Position numbers and translations under genes: made by a program
Shown here: positions 1 to 9,723 of the stretch, in pieces
Position numbering within the stretch: the first letter of the stretch is position 1
Layout: every line of letters starts with the position of its first letter
Assembly: GCA_945861615.1 (NCBI GenBank)
Contig: CAMAVH010000003.1
Coordinates: forward strand, 1 to 59,446
Direction of reading: 5' to 3'
Length of the DNA stretch: 59,446 nucleotides
From: Rhizobium sp. Q54
GTDB taxonomy: Bacteria > Pseudomonadota > Alphaproteobacteria > SMXQ01
Notes under the pieces: generated by a model
Told to the model about the DNA's origin: nothing
What the model saw: only the letters and a program-made list of their open reading frames with translations
Databases searched by the model: none

Positions 1-993
1 CGCGCTGGCGGCCATGCCGATCTCGGCGCGCAGCATGCCGAGGATCAGGCCGGCGATCAGCGCGTCCATGCTGATGATCGCGGCTTGAAACGCCAAGGCC
101 TCGGTGGTGTCGCGTAGCGGCGGCTCCTCCGGCGGGCGCCGCATGAAGGATTGCGCGATGGTGAAGATGCCGAGGATGCCGAGCAGCACGAAGGCGATCC
201 AATGATCGATCGCCGGCCCGACGGCGGTGATCGTCGTGCCGATCGCCCAGCCGGCGGCGATCATCAGCAGCTTGGTCGCCGCGAAGATGGCACCGAGCCG
301 CAGCCAGGAGGACGCGCCGTGCCATAGCGTGGCCGGCGCGCGCAAGCCGAAGCTGAAGGCGGTGAGCGCCAGCACGCCGGCGATGGCGAGCACGATGGGT
401 CCGTCCGCCGGCAGGGTCCAATCGCCGAGGGTATCGCCCAGACCGGCGACCTCGGCTAATTGCCAGAAGCCGAGACCGAAGAAAATCAACGCCGCGCCGA
501 TGCGCACGTAGCGCAGCGGAATCACGCGGGTCGCCGCGCCGCCGAGGAAGACGGCGGGGACATTGGCCAGCATCATGCCGAGCGTGGTGCCCAGCGTGAC
601 CATCTCGATATTGTGGAAGCGCGCGGCGAGCGCGGCAGTGGCGACCTGCGTCTTGTCGCCGATCTCGACGATGAAGAAGGCGATCAGCGTCGTCATGAAG
701 ATGCCGGTGCCGGCGCGCGCCTCGTCCGTTTCGTCGAATTTGTCGGGCACCAGCGTCCAGAAGGCCATGGCGATGAAGGCGATCGCGATGGCGTAGCGGA
801 ACCAGGCGCCCTCGAGGAAATCCGTCAGGAAGAAGCCGGCGGTGGCGGCCAGCGCGTGGTTGGCGATGGTCGCGACGAAGATGCCGGCGACGATCGGCCA
901 AGGTTTGCGAAAGCGCGTCGCCAGAACGATGGCGAGCAACTGGGTCTTGTCGCCGATCTCCGCGAGGGCGACAACGAAGGTGGACACGAGCAT
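1..993 (-). CDS. Partial membrane protein (3' end runs off the window): UPF0016/GDT1-TMEM165-type cation (Mn/Ca) exporter domain fused in frame to an MntP-like (DUF204) Mn efflux domain
   Basis: Absent from the ORF track because there is no stop in the window. Minus-strand ATG at 993-991 reads [32 protein letters not shown]... A second E-x-GDKT motif ([21 protein letters not shown]) lies near nt 640-685. The frame stays open to nt 1 and continues ...[21 protein letters not shown]...[16 protein letters not shown]. This closely resembles E. coli MntP ([33 protein letters not shown]). Confidence 0.8.
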   Translation of the reverse strand, partial: [331 protein letters not shown]

Positions 994-1119
994 GGGATCC
1001 ATTGAGGGGGCAGCCTTGCCGAGCGTTGATCCAATGGCGCCATGGTCCCCCCGCTCGGGCGGTCGGAGGGCGGCGCCATCGGTCTCGCCAATCGTTGCCG
1101 CGCGATCCCTGCGAATCGG

Positions 1120-1240
1120 TCTGGCAACCCCGTCTGCGCCATGGCCCGAGAAACGGTCGGTTCGGGCCAAGTATGTTGACGCAGGCTCCGCACCCCTCAA
1201 ACGACATGGGCGGCGGACGACTACTCCCCAAAAGCTGTGC
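1120..1240 (-). promoter_or_regulatory. Probable yybP-ykoY (Mn2+) riboswitch aptamer in the 5' leader of the exporter gene
   Basis: The minus strand reads ttttGGGGAGTAGtcg... (plus 1221-1229), then ...gcctgcGTCAACATAC (plus 1171-1180). A 7-bp hairpin ggcccga/tcgggcc follows (1143-1168), then CGCAGAC. These match the conserved GGGGAGUAG and UUGACAUAC...CAAGAC elements of the family. The site is about 130-240 nt upstream of a Mn-exporter start. I could not confirm the closing P1 helix by eye. Confidence 0.6.
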
Positions 1241-1391
1241 GAATTGATCGCATAAGCCGGAAATAGTCAATTCGTTTCAGTGGCTTATGCGCAAGGCATG
1301 AAATTATAGCCAAGGCTATATTACGCGCTCTCCCGCCGCCGAAATCCGCGAAGCGCCGCCCGGAACACAGAGGACGCTTCGCGGAAAACGC

Positions 1392-1607
1392 TTACGCGGC
1401 GCGTCGATTGCCGAACAGCGCCAAGAGGCCGCCGGCGACGATCGCCGCGCCGCCGGCGATCAGGTACCACATTGTTCTGTCGGTATATTTGCCCGTCAGG
1501 GTCTCGCTGATCTGATCGACCGGCGCGTCCGTGGCATTGAGACCGAATCCGAGTAGAATAACGCCGATCACCAAGACGATGATGCCGACGAGACGAGCGG
1601 GCTGCAT
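1392..1607 (-). CDS. DUF3185-family small membrane protein (two TM helices)
   Basis: 71 aa: MQPARLVGIIVLVIGVILLGFGLNATDAPVDQISETLTGKYTDRTMWYLIAGGAAIVAGGLLALFG. The TLTG.YTD.TMWYL core is typical of DUF3185. SD aggaga lies upstream. Confidence 0.8.
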   Translation of the reverse strand: MQPARLVGIIVLVIGVILLGFGLNATDAPVDQISETLTGKYTDRTMWYLIAGGAAIVAGGLLALFGNRRAA

Positions 1608-1696
1608 ATTAAATCTCCTGTTAAGCGCGCGAAGACACGCCAGGGAGACAACGCCTGGGTTCCCGAAAAATTCCCAGGCCGTCGCTGGGAGAATTT

Positions 1697-2569
1697 ATGT
1701 CGCGCTGGAGCGCCCAACGGCCCGCGGGTCGCGCGGCCGCCATCAGCCTGCTCTACATCCTAGGGGGCTCGGCTTGGATCGTCGGCTCCGATCTCTATAT
1801 CCATGGATTTTCGCAGGCACATCTGGACGTCCTGTGGGAGAGCATCGCCAAGGGTCTCGGCTTCGTCGCCTGCACGGGCTTCGTGCTGTTCTTCGTCTTG
1901 CGCCGCAGCTACCTGCGTATCGAGGAGGAGGAAGCGGTCAAGGCGCTGCGTTTTTCGCAGACCATCACCACTCTGGCGCGCATGGTGGAATATCGCGACA
2001 TCTATACCCACGGCCATCAAAGGCGCGTGGCGCAAATTTGCGATGCGCTGGCCGTTCGCCTGAAACTGCCGCCCGATCGCCGCATGGCGCTCGTCCTGGC
2101 CGCCGAATTGCACGATATCGGCAAAATCGGCGTTCCCGAACATCTGCTCAACAAAGCCGGCTTTCTCACGGCTGCGGAATTGGCCCGCATTCATGAGCAT
2201 GCGGCGATCGGCGCCGAGCTTTTGGGCGGCGTGGATTTTCCCGGCCCGGTGGCGGATATCGTCGCGCAGCATCACGAGCGGCTCGACGGCAGCGGCTATC
2301 CCCATGGTCTGAGCGGCGATCAGATGTTGTTCGAGGCCCGCATTTTGGCCGTCGCCGATGTTTTCGAAGCGATGTCGTCGGCCCGGCCTTACCGCAATGC
2401 GCAGGGTGCGGCCGTCGCCTTGGCGGAGCTGCGCCGTCATGCCGGCGTGAAATACGACGCGCGCGTCGTCGCCGAATGCGAGGCTTGGAGCCGCGCGCGC
2501 AGCGAAAATCCGCCGCCCTATTCCGCTGCCGACAAAGAACTGCTTTCGGCGGCGCATCCCGCGCCATAA
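1697..2569 (+). CDS. HD-GYP domain protein (c-di-GMP phosphodiesterase family) with N-terminal membrane segment
   Basis: HDIGKIGVPEHLLNK and HHERLDGSGYPHGL motifs. Two hydrophobic helices at the N-terminus. Confidence 0.85.
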   Translation: MSRWSAQRPAGRAAAISLLYILGGSAWIVGSDLYIHGFSQAHLDVLWESIAKGLGFVACTGFVLFFVLRRSYLRIEEEEAVKALRFSQTITTLARMVEYRDIYTHGHQRRVAQICDALAVRLKLPPDRRMALVLAAELHDIGKIGVPEHLLNKAGFLTAAELARIHEHAAIGAELLGGVDFPGPVADIVAQHHERLDGSGYPHGLSGDQMLFEARILAVADVFEAMSSARPYRNAQGAAVALAELRRHAGVKYDARVVAECEAWSRARSENPPPYSAADKELLSAAHPAP

Positions 2570-3807
2570 AAGCGCAGGCGCTCAGGCGGCAACCGGACCG
2601 TCACCGTCGTGCCGCGATCCGGCGCGCTGTCCAGCGACAGGGTGCCGCCATGGCTCTCGACGAAGGATTTGCTCAGCGGCAAGCCGATGCCGGTGCCCTC
2701 GGCGGCCAAGCTCATTTGGTTGTGCACACGCTCGAAGGGCAACAAGACTTTGTCGATATCCTGCGCGGCGATGCCGATGCCGTCGTCCTCTACCACGAGG
2801 AGCGGCGCGCCGTCCGGCCCGACCAACGCCGAGACGCGGACATGGCCGCCCGGCGGCGTGAATTTGACGGCATTGCTCAAAAGATTCAGCAGAACCTGCT
2901 TGAGCTTCTGGCGGTCGCCCCACAGACGCAGCGGGCGATGCGGCAGGTAGGACGACAGCGTGATGTTCTTGCTTTCGGCGTGCGGCGCCAGCATGCGCAG
3001 GCTCAGACGCGCGATGCCGTTGAGGTCCACTTCGCTTTCGGCGATTTCGTGCTTGCCGGCCTCGGCCTTCGACAGATCGAGAATATCGTTGATCAGCGTC
3101 AGCAGATGCGTGCCGCTGCGCAGCACATCGGAAATATATTCGCGCTGCTTCTCGTTGAGCGGACCGGCATACTGCCGCTGCAACAGCTCGGAAAAGCCGA
3201 TGATCGCGTTGAGCGGAGTGCGCAGCTCGTGACTGACGCTGGCGAGGAAGGTCGATTTGGCCTGATTGGCGCGCAGCGCCACGCGGCGCGCCTCTTCGAG
3301 ATCGACGATCTGCTCGCGGGCGCGCTCGAGCGAGATGCCGAGCAGATCGACGCCGCTGCCGATGCCGAGATATTTGCCGTCGCGCGTGATGATGAAGCCG
3401 TCGATGGCGGCGCGCGGGGCCGCCGTCGTGATGAGTTCTTTCAGCTCTTCGATGCTGAGGGCGTAGTCGACCTGCAACGGCGGCGACTGGATGAAGTGCG
3501 ACGCCATGAGCCGCGCAATGGGACGCTTCTCGTAGACCGCCCGCACCAGGGGCTGGGAAAAGGCGATATAGAAGTCCTGTCGGCTGAGCAGCGCGATCGG
3601 CTCGTGGGCCTCGTCCACCACGGCGAGGCTCGGCGTCGCGGCATGTTCGCTGAGCAGCTCGAAGGCCGCGCCGCAAGTCATCTTGAGGTGGATCGGCGGC
3701 AGGGGCGTGATGAGGCGTTCGACGCGCCAGCCGCCATGCGCGTGACTCGCCTGGGCTTGACTGGCGTGAACGTGACCGCCGTGAGTTTGGCCGCTGATGC
3801 TGGTCAT
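2518..3807 (-). CDS. Sensor histidine kinase with N-terminal CBS-pair-like domain
   Basis: H-box SHELRTPLNAIIGFSELL. N box LLNLLSNAVKFT. G boxes VEDDGIGI and GTGIGLPLSK. The N-terminal ~150 aa resemble tandem CBS modules. The extreme N-terminus is His-rich. Confidence 0.85.
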   Translation of the reverse strand: MTSISGQTHGGHVHASQAQASHAHGGWRVERLITPLPPIHLKMTCGAAFELLSEHAATPSLAVVDEAHEPIALLSRQDFYIAFSQPLVRAVYEKRPIARLMASHFIQSPPLQVDYALSIEELKELITTAAPRAAIDGFIITRDGKYLGIGSGVDLLGISLERAREQIVDLEEARRVALRANQAKSTFLASVSHELRTPLNAIIGFSELLQRQYAGPLNEKQREYISDVLRSGTHLLTLINDILDLSKAEAGKHEIAESEVDLNGIARLSLRMLAPHAESKNITLSSYLPHRPLRLWGDRQKLKQVLLNLLSNAVKFTPPGGHVRVSALVGPDGAPLLVVEDDGIGIAAQDIDKVLLPFERVHNQMSLAAEGTGIGLPLSKSFVESHGGTLSLDSAPDRGTTVTVRLPPERLRFYGAGCAAESSSLSAAE

Positions 3808-3982
3808 GAGGCCCTAATGACTGTCTGACGCCGATTGCCGTCGCACGTCGTGTTTCGCTCTCCACATAGCGGTCGTGGAGTTAATTTTCTCCTAGCGGAC
3901 AATCGATATATCCACGAAAATCAATGAGTTATGTTACTGTTGCGTGACAGGGCGGTGACGCAACCGGCGCGAGAGATAGGCG

Positions 3983-4636
3983 ATGACCATGACGCAACCT
4001 GAGATGTACAGCCGGATGAGCCCGAGCCCGCGCTTTCGTGCCCTGGTCGAGCTCTATCGAACGATGCATGAGCAGGGCGTCGCGGCGCAGGGCATCGACT
4101 CGGATGTCACCTTCGACGGCCGTAGCCTTGCCCCGCATACGCTCACCATTCGCGACTTGATCGGCAATACCGGGGCGAAAACGCTGCTCGACTACGGCGC
4201 CGGCAAGGGCGTGCTCTATAACATGCGTGACCTGATCGCCCCGACCGGCGAGGTCTTTGCCGATCTGCGCAGCTATTGGGATCTCGAATCCGTCACGCTC
4301 TACGATCCGGGACATGCCCCTTACAGCGCTTACCCGACGGGGCGCTTCGACGCGGTGATCTGCAGCGACGTACTCGAACATGTTCCGGCCGAAGACATTC
4401 CCTGGGTGCTGGGCGAGCTGTTCTCCTTCGCCGACAAATTTGTCTTCGCGACGATTGCCGGCTATCCGGCGCTAAAGCTATTGCCCAATGGGGAAAACGC
4501 CCATTGCACGCTCGAGCCCTTGCGTTGGTGGGAAAGCCAAATGAACGCCGCCCGTGACAGGGAGGGGCGGTCAACGCCATGGTTTGCACTATATGTCGAG
4601 CAGATGGGTCAAAAAGAGACCCCGATGAAGGGCTGA
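3983..4636 (+). CDS. Class I SAM-dependent methyltransferase
   Basis: Motif I LLDYGAGKGVL and post-I/II FDAVICSDVLEHV. Confidence 0.75.
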   Translation: MTMTQPEMYSRMSPSPRFRALVELYRTMHEQGVAAQGIDSDVTFDGRSLAPHTLTIRDLIGNTGAKTLLDYGAGKGVLYNMRDLIAPTGEVFADLRSYWDLESVTLYDPGHAPYSAYPTGRFDAVICSDVLEHVPAEDIPWVLGELFSFADKFVFATIAGYPALKLLPNGENAHCTLEPLRWWESQMNAARDREGRSTPWFALYVEQMGQKETPMKG

Positions 4637-4893
4637 GCGGCAGCAAAAGGCCGATTGAAGGGCTTCGGCAGCCGTTTCGGCTGAACTTCAGGCAAAATAA
4701 GCGGTTTTATTGGCATCAGCGTCTTCACTTTTGCCCTGTCCGCGCAAAAACCCGCGCTCAGCCTCTTAGAAAGGCAAAATTAACCTCAAATCACCGATAA
4801 TTTAAGATCGCGTCCGTGCGACTGCCCATAGAAAAACGTTAAATCTTCGCCGCGCACGGCAATTTGTCATCGAACATCGGTAGGGACGGCGCC

Positions 4894-7800
4894 ATGGCAT
4901 CCAAGATCGAGCAGCGCAAAGACGACGCGGTCGGCCAGGCGGGCCAGCTTGCCCGCCGCACGGTCGCCGGCAAGGCCGGCGAGGCCGCGGAGCTTTTCCT
5001 GCGCCAGTTCTATGGCGCCGTCGCGCCGGAGGATGTCGCCGACCTGACGCCCGAGGCGCTCACCGGCAGCGCGCTGGCGCTATGGCGCTTCGCCCAGACC
5101 CGGCCGGCGAAAACCCCCAAGGTGCGCGCCTACAATCCGCGTATCGCCGATCACGGCTGGACCTGCGGCCATACCGTCGTCGAGATCGTCAACGACGACA
5201 TGCCCTTCCTCGTCGATTCGGTCACCGGCTGGATCTCGCAGAAGGGCCTCGGCCTGCATCAGGTCATCCACCCGATCATTCACGTCAAGCGCGACGCCAA
5301 GGGCGAGCTGCTCGAGCTGCTGCCTGCTGAATCCAAAGATGCCGCTTCGGGCGAGGGCCAGGCCGAATCGGTTATGCATCTGGAGATCGACAGCCAGGGC
5401 AGCGCCGCCGAACTGGCCGAGATCGAAAAGGGCCTGATGGTGGCGCTCGCCGACGTGCGTGCCGCGGTGGAGGATTGGCCGGCCATGCGCGCGCGCGCCG
5501 CCGCGATCCTCGCCGAGCTGGAGGCCGCTCCGCCGGGCGTGCCGGACGACGAACTGACCGAGGCGCGCGCCTTTCTCGGCTGGCTCGACGCCAATCACTT
5601 CACCTATCTTGGCTACCGCGAATATGCCTTCGGCGGCGATGCCGCCGAACCGGGCCTCGGGCGCGTCGTCGAAGGCTCCGGCCTCGGCGTGCTGCGCGAC
5701 TACGACACGGCGATCTTCCACCCGACGACGGAAGCCTCGGCGCTGCCGCCCGACATGCGCGCCCTGGTGCGCGCGCCCAACGTTCTGATGATCGCCAAGG
5801 CCAACAAGCGCTCGACCGTGCATCGCCCGGTGCATTTCGACACGATCGGCATCAAGAAATACGACGCCAAGGGCCGTGTCGTCGGCGAGTACCGCTTCGT
5901 CGGCCTGTTCACGTCCGACATCTACAATCTCAGTCCGCGCCTGATCCCGCTGCTGCGCCGCAAGGTGGCCCATGTCATCGAGCGCTCGAAGCTGCCGCCG
6001 GGCAGCCATGACGGCAAGGCGCTGCTGCATATTCTCGAAACCTACCCGCGCGACGAGCTGTTCCAGATCGGCGAAGAAGACCTCACCGAGATCAGCCTCG
6101 GCATCCTACGCTTGCAGGACCGCGCCCGCGTCGCTCTCTTCATCCGCCGCGACCCGTTCGAGCGCTTTCTGTCCTGCCTGGTCTATGCGCCGCGCGACCG
6201 TTTCGACAGCGAACTGCGGCGAAAGTTTCAGGACATTCTGCGCAAGGAATTGGACGGCAGCGTCTCGGCCTTCTACACGCAGATCGGCGATTCGCCGCTC
6301 GCGCGGCTCCATGTCATCATCAAGACGCGGCCCGGCGAAGTGCCCGCCTACGACACCGCCGAGATCGAGGCGAAACTGGCGCGCGCCATGCGCGCCTGGC
6401 GCGACGATCTGCGCCTGGCGCTGGTCGCCGCCCACGGCGAGGACGCCGGTCTCGATCTGTTGAAACGCTACGGCGACGCCTTCCCGTCGTCCTACCGCGA
6501 GAACACCGTGGCGGCGCATGCCATCGCCGACATTGCCAAGGTCGAGGCGGCGCGCGCCAGCCAGACGCTGGGCCTCAATCTCTACCGGCCGATCGCCGCG
6601 TCCGACGACATGGTGCGCTTCAAGATCTACAACGCCGGCGACGCGGTGCCGCTATCCGACGTGCTGCCCATGCTGGAGAACATGGGATTCAAGGTGATCG
6701 ACGAGCAGCCCCATCATGTCGAGACGGCCGGCGAAACCGGCGTGTGGATCCACGATTTCGGCATGCAGCTGCGCGTTAGCGCCACCCTGCATCTCGACAG
6801 CCTGAAGCCGCTGTTCGAAGCGGCTTTCGCGCGGCTGTGGGCCGGCGAGATGGAAGACGACGGCTTGAACAAGCTGGTGCTGCTCGCCGGACTGGGCTGG
6901 CGCGAGGTGACGGTGGTGCGCGCCATCGCCAAATATCTGCGCCAGGCCGGCATCCCCTTCAGCCAGGCCTACATGGAAACGACCTTCGCCGGCAATCCGT
7001 CCTTCGCGCGCATGCTGGCCGATCTCTTCAGCGCGCGCTTCGATCCCAACAACCGTCAGCATGCCGAGAGCCGCGAAGTCGCGTTGAAGGTCACATACGA
7101 GGAAGCGCTCGATAAAGTCGCGAGCCTCGACGAGGACCGCATCCTGCGCCGCTTCCTCAATGTCGCGCTCTCCATGCTGCGCACGAATTTCTATCAGACC
7201 GACGCGGCGGGCGGTCCGAAGAGCTATCTGTCGTTCAAGCTCGATTCGCGCAGCATCGACGATCTGCCGTTGCCGCGCCCGCTTTACGAGGTGTTCGTCT
7301 ATTCGCCGCGCATGGAAGGCATCCATCTGCGCGGCGGCAAGGTGGCGCGCGGCGGCATCCGCTGGTCGGACCGGCGCGAGGATTTCCGCACGGAAATTCT
7401 CAGCCTGATGAAGGCGCAGATGGTGAAGAACGCCGTCATCGTGCCGGTAGGCGCCAAGGGCGGCTTCGTGCTGAAGAAGCTGCCGGCGGGCGCCAGCCGC
7501 GACGAGACGATGGCCGAGGGCATCGCCTGCTACACGTTGCTGATGAAAGGCCTCTTGGACATCACCGACAACCGGGTCGGCAGCGGCATCGTGCCGCCGA
7601 AGGACGTCATCCGCCAGGACGACGACGATCCCTATCTGGTGGTGGCCGCCGACAAGGGCACCGCGACCTTCTCCGATCTCGCCAATGGCATCGCGCGCGA
7701 CTACGGTTTTTGGCTCGACGATGCCTTCGCCTCGGGCGGCTCGGCCGGCTACGACCATAAAAAGATGGGCATCACCGCGCGCGGCGCCTGGGAATCGGTC

Positions 7801-9723
7801 AAGCGCCATTTCCGCGAGATCGGCGTCGACACCCAATCGCAGGATTTCACCGTGGTCGGCGTCGGCGACATGTCGGGCGACGTGTTCGGCAACGGCATGC
7901 TGCTGTCGCCGCATATCAAGTTGCTCGGCGCCTTCAACCATCTGCATATCTTCATCGATCCGAACCCCGATCCGGCGGCGAGCCTGGCCGAGCGCCAGCG
8001 CTTGTTCGCGCTGCCGCGTTCGTCCTGGTCGGACTATGACGCCAAGCTGATTTCCAAAGGCGGCGCGGTGTTCGACCGCAAAGCCAAGTCGGTGAAATTG
8101 ACGCCGGAGATTCAGGCGCTGTTCGACATCAAGCAGGACGCCCTGACGCCCAACGATTTGATTCGCATCCTGCTCAAGGCCCAGGTCGATCTCCTGTTCT
8201 TCGGCGGCATCGGCACCTACATCAAAGCGGCGACCGAAGCGCATGCCGAGGCCGGCGATCGCGCCAACGACGTGCTGCGCATCGACGGCCATGAAGTCCG
8301 CGCCAAGGTGATCGGCGAGGGCGCCAATCTCGGCATGACTCAGCTCGGCCGTATCGAATATGCCAAAACCGGCGGGCGCTTGAACACCGACGCGGTGGAC
8401 AACTCCGCCGGCGTCGATGCCTCCGACCATGAGGTGAACATCAAGATCCTGACCGGCGCGGTCGTCGCCGAAGGCGATCTCACGCTCAAGCAGCGCGACA
8501 ATCTGCTGACCCAGATGACCGACGAATTGGCCGGCCTGATCCTGCGCGACAATTATCTGCAGACCCAGGCGATCAGCGTGATGGAAGCGCAGGGCCCGGC
8601 GCTGCTCGATTCGCAGGTCCGCCTGATCCATGATCTGGAGAAAGCCGGCAAGCTCAACCGTGAGGTGGAGAAGCTGCCGAACGATACGGCCCTGTCGGCG
8701 CTGCCCGCCCTGGGCAAGGGCCTGACGCGGCCCGAACTTTCGGTCTTGCTCGCCTACGGCAAGATGACGCTCTACGAGACGCTGCTCGCCAGCGATTTGC
8801 CGGACGAGGCCTTTCTCGGCGAAGACCTGCATCGCTATTTCCCGGCGGCGCTGCGCGAACGCTTCCCGGCGGCCATCGATATGCATCGCCTGCGCCGCGA
8901 GATCATCGCCACGGTGGCGACCAACAGCATGGTCAACCGCGTCGGCCCGACCTTCGTCAACGATCTGCGCACGCGCACGGGCTGTAGCGAGAGCGACATC
9001 GCGCGGGCCTATACCGTCACGCGCGATGCCTTCGCGCTGCGCGATCTGTGGGCTGGCATCGAGGCGCTCGACGCCAAGGTGCCGGCGCGCCTGCAGACGG
9101 CCATGATCATCGAATCGGGCAAGCTGGTGGAGCGCGCCACTCTGTGGTTCGTGCAGAACCGCAGCCATCCGATCGACGTCGCCGCGGCCATGGCGAGCAC
9201 GGCCCCGGCCATCGCCGCGCTGAAGGCGGCTTTGCCGGACGCTTTGCCGCCGGCCGCGCGCGAGCGCTTCGATGCCACGGTGGCGGCCTATGCCAAGGAC
9301 GGCGCGCCGATCGATCTCGCCAACGAAGCGGCCAAGCTGCCGGCCTTGGGCGGCGCGACGGACATCGTGAAACTGGCGTCGGGCGATGCCGGCCAAATCG
9401 GCCATGCGGCGGCGATCTATTATGCCGTCGGCGATCGCCTGTCGCTCGATTGGCTGCGCGTCTCGGCGCAAGCCGTTGCCGCCAGCACCTCCTGGCAGAA
9501 GCAGGCCATCGCCGCCATCGTCGACGAACTGTTCGCCTTCCAGGCGGAACTGGCGGCGCGCGTGTTGGCGAGCGGCCAGATGGCCGACGCCTGGCTGGCG
9601 GCGCGCGGCCCCGTGTTCCTGCGTGCCCAGCAGGTGCTCGGCGAAATGCAGACCGGCGGCGCCGTCGATCTGGCGATGTTGGCGGTGGCGAACCGGCAAT
9701 TGCGTGCTTTAATCACGGCATGA
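4894..9723 (+). CDS. gdhB: Large (about 1600 aa) NAD-specific glutamate dehydrogenase
   Basis: Single 1.6-kaa ORF with a catalytic core GGIRWSDRREDFRTEILSLMKAQMVKNAVIVPVGAKGGF...DKGTATFSD...GDMSGDVFGNGML typical of the 180-kDa NAD-GDH family. I prefer the ATG at 4894 (MASKIEQRK) over the TTG at 4864 used by the track. Confidence 0.9.
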   Translation: MASKIEQRKDDAVGQAGQLARRTVAGKAGEAAELFLRQFYGAVAPEDVADLTPEALTGSALALWRFAQTRPAKTPKVRAYNPRIADHGWTCGHTVVEIVNDDMPFLVDSVTGWISQKGLGLHQVIHPIIHVKRDAKGELLELLPAESKDAASGEGQAESVMHLEIDSQGSAAELAEIEKGLMVALADVRAAVEDWPAMRARAAAILAELEAAPPGVPDDELTEARAFLGWLDANHFTYLGYREYAFGGDAAEPGLGRVVEGSGLGVLRDYDTAIFHPTTEASALPPDMRALVRAPNVLMIAKANKRSTVHRPVHFDTIGIKKYDAKGRVVGEYRFVGLFTSDIYNLSPRLIPLLRRKVAHVIERSKLPPGSHDGKALLHILETYPRDELFQIGEEDLTEISLGILRLQDRARVALFIRRDPFERFLSCLVYAPRDRFDSELRRKFQDILRKELDGSVSAFYTQIGDSPLARLHVIIKTRPGEVPAYDTAEIEAKLARAMRAWRDDLRLALVAAHGEDAGLDLLKRYGDAFPSSYRENTVAAHAIADIAKVEAARASQTLGLNLYRPIAASDDMVRFKIYNAGDAVPLSDVLPMLENMGFKVIDEQPHHVETAGETGVWIHDFGMQLRVSATLHLDSLKPLFEAAFARLWAGEMEDDGLNKLVLLAGLGWREVTVVRAIAKYLRQAGIPFSQAYMETTFAGNPSFARMLADLFSARFDPNNRQHAESREVALKVTYEEALDKVASLDEDRILRRFLNVALSMLRTNFYQTDAAGGPKSYLSFKLDSRSIDDLPLPRPLYEVFVYSPRMEGIHLRGGKVARGGIRWSDRREDFRTEILSLMKAQMVKNAVIVPVGAKGGFVLKKLPAGASRDETMAEGIACYTLLMKGLLDITDNRVGSGIVPPKDVIRQDDDDPYLVVAADKGTATFSDLANGIARDYGFWLDDAFASGGSAGYDHKKMGITARGAWESVKRHFREIGVDTQSQDFTVVGVGDMSGDVFGNGMLLSPHIKLLGAFNHLHIFIDPNPDPAASLAERQRLFALPRSSWSDYDAKLISKGGAVFDRKAKSVKLTPEIQALFDIKQDALTPNDLIRILLKAQVDLLFFGGIGTYIKAATEAHAEAGDRANDVLRIDGHEVRAKVIGEGANLGMTQLGRIEYAKTGGRLNTDAVDNSAGVDASDHEVNIKILTGAVVAEGDLTLKQRDNLLTQMTDELAGLILRDNYLQTQAISVMEAQGPALLDSQVRLIHDLEKAGKLNREVEKLPNDTALSALPALGKGLTRPELSVLLAYGKMTLYETLLASDLPDEAFLGEDLHRYFPAALRERFPAAIDMHRLRREIIATVATNSMVNRVGPTFVNDLRTRTGCSESDIARAYTVTRDAFALRDLWAGIEALDAKVPARLQTAMIIESGKLVERATLWFVQNRSHPIDVAAAMASTAPAIAALKAALPDALPPAARERFDATVAAYAKDGAPIDLANEAAKLPALGGATDIVKLASGDAGQIGHAAAIYYAVGDRLSLDWLRVSAQAVAASTSWQKQAIAAIVDELFAFQAELAARVLASGQMADAWLAARGPVFLRAQQVLGEMQTGGAVDLAMLAVANRQLRALITA

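Noticed and set aside
825-1255. Track ORFs 825-1193(-), 842-1255(+) and 1002-1247(+) over the exporter 5' end and leader
   Set aside because: They overlap the exporter CDS or the riboswitch-like leader in other frames. Their products are low-complexity.
1608-1696. GGAAC element upstream of the DUF3185 gene as a third EcfG promoter
   Set aside because: GGAAC is present on the gene strand. However, the nearest CGT-type -10 is CGTG at a 19-nt spacing, outside the N16-17 consensus. Not called.
6652-9699. 1015-codon open frame antisense to gdhB (plus several shorter antisense and alternative-frame ORFs inside gdhB)
   Set aside because: The translation is dominated by Arg/Ala/Gly/Asp/His with no recognisable motif. 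It lies exactly opposite a gene with strong family identity. Long stop-free antisense frames opposite large NAD-GDH genes are a known consequence of GC-rich codon bias and have been mis-annotated before. I would revisit this only if strand-specific Ribo-seq showed translation.
9048-9719. 5' two-thirds-kb extension of the MFS transporter ORF into gdhB
   Set aside because: It lies in an alternative frame of gdhB and is Arg-rich. The transporter family N-terminus (WCLFDWANSAF) starts right after the ATG at 9720, which overlaps the gdhB stop.
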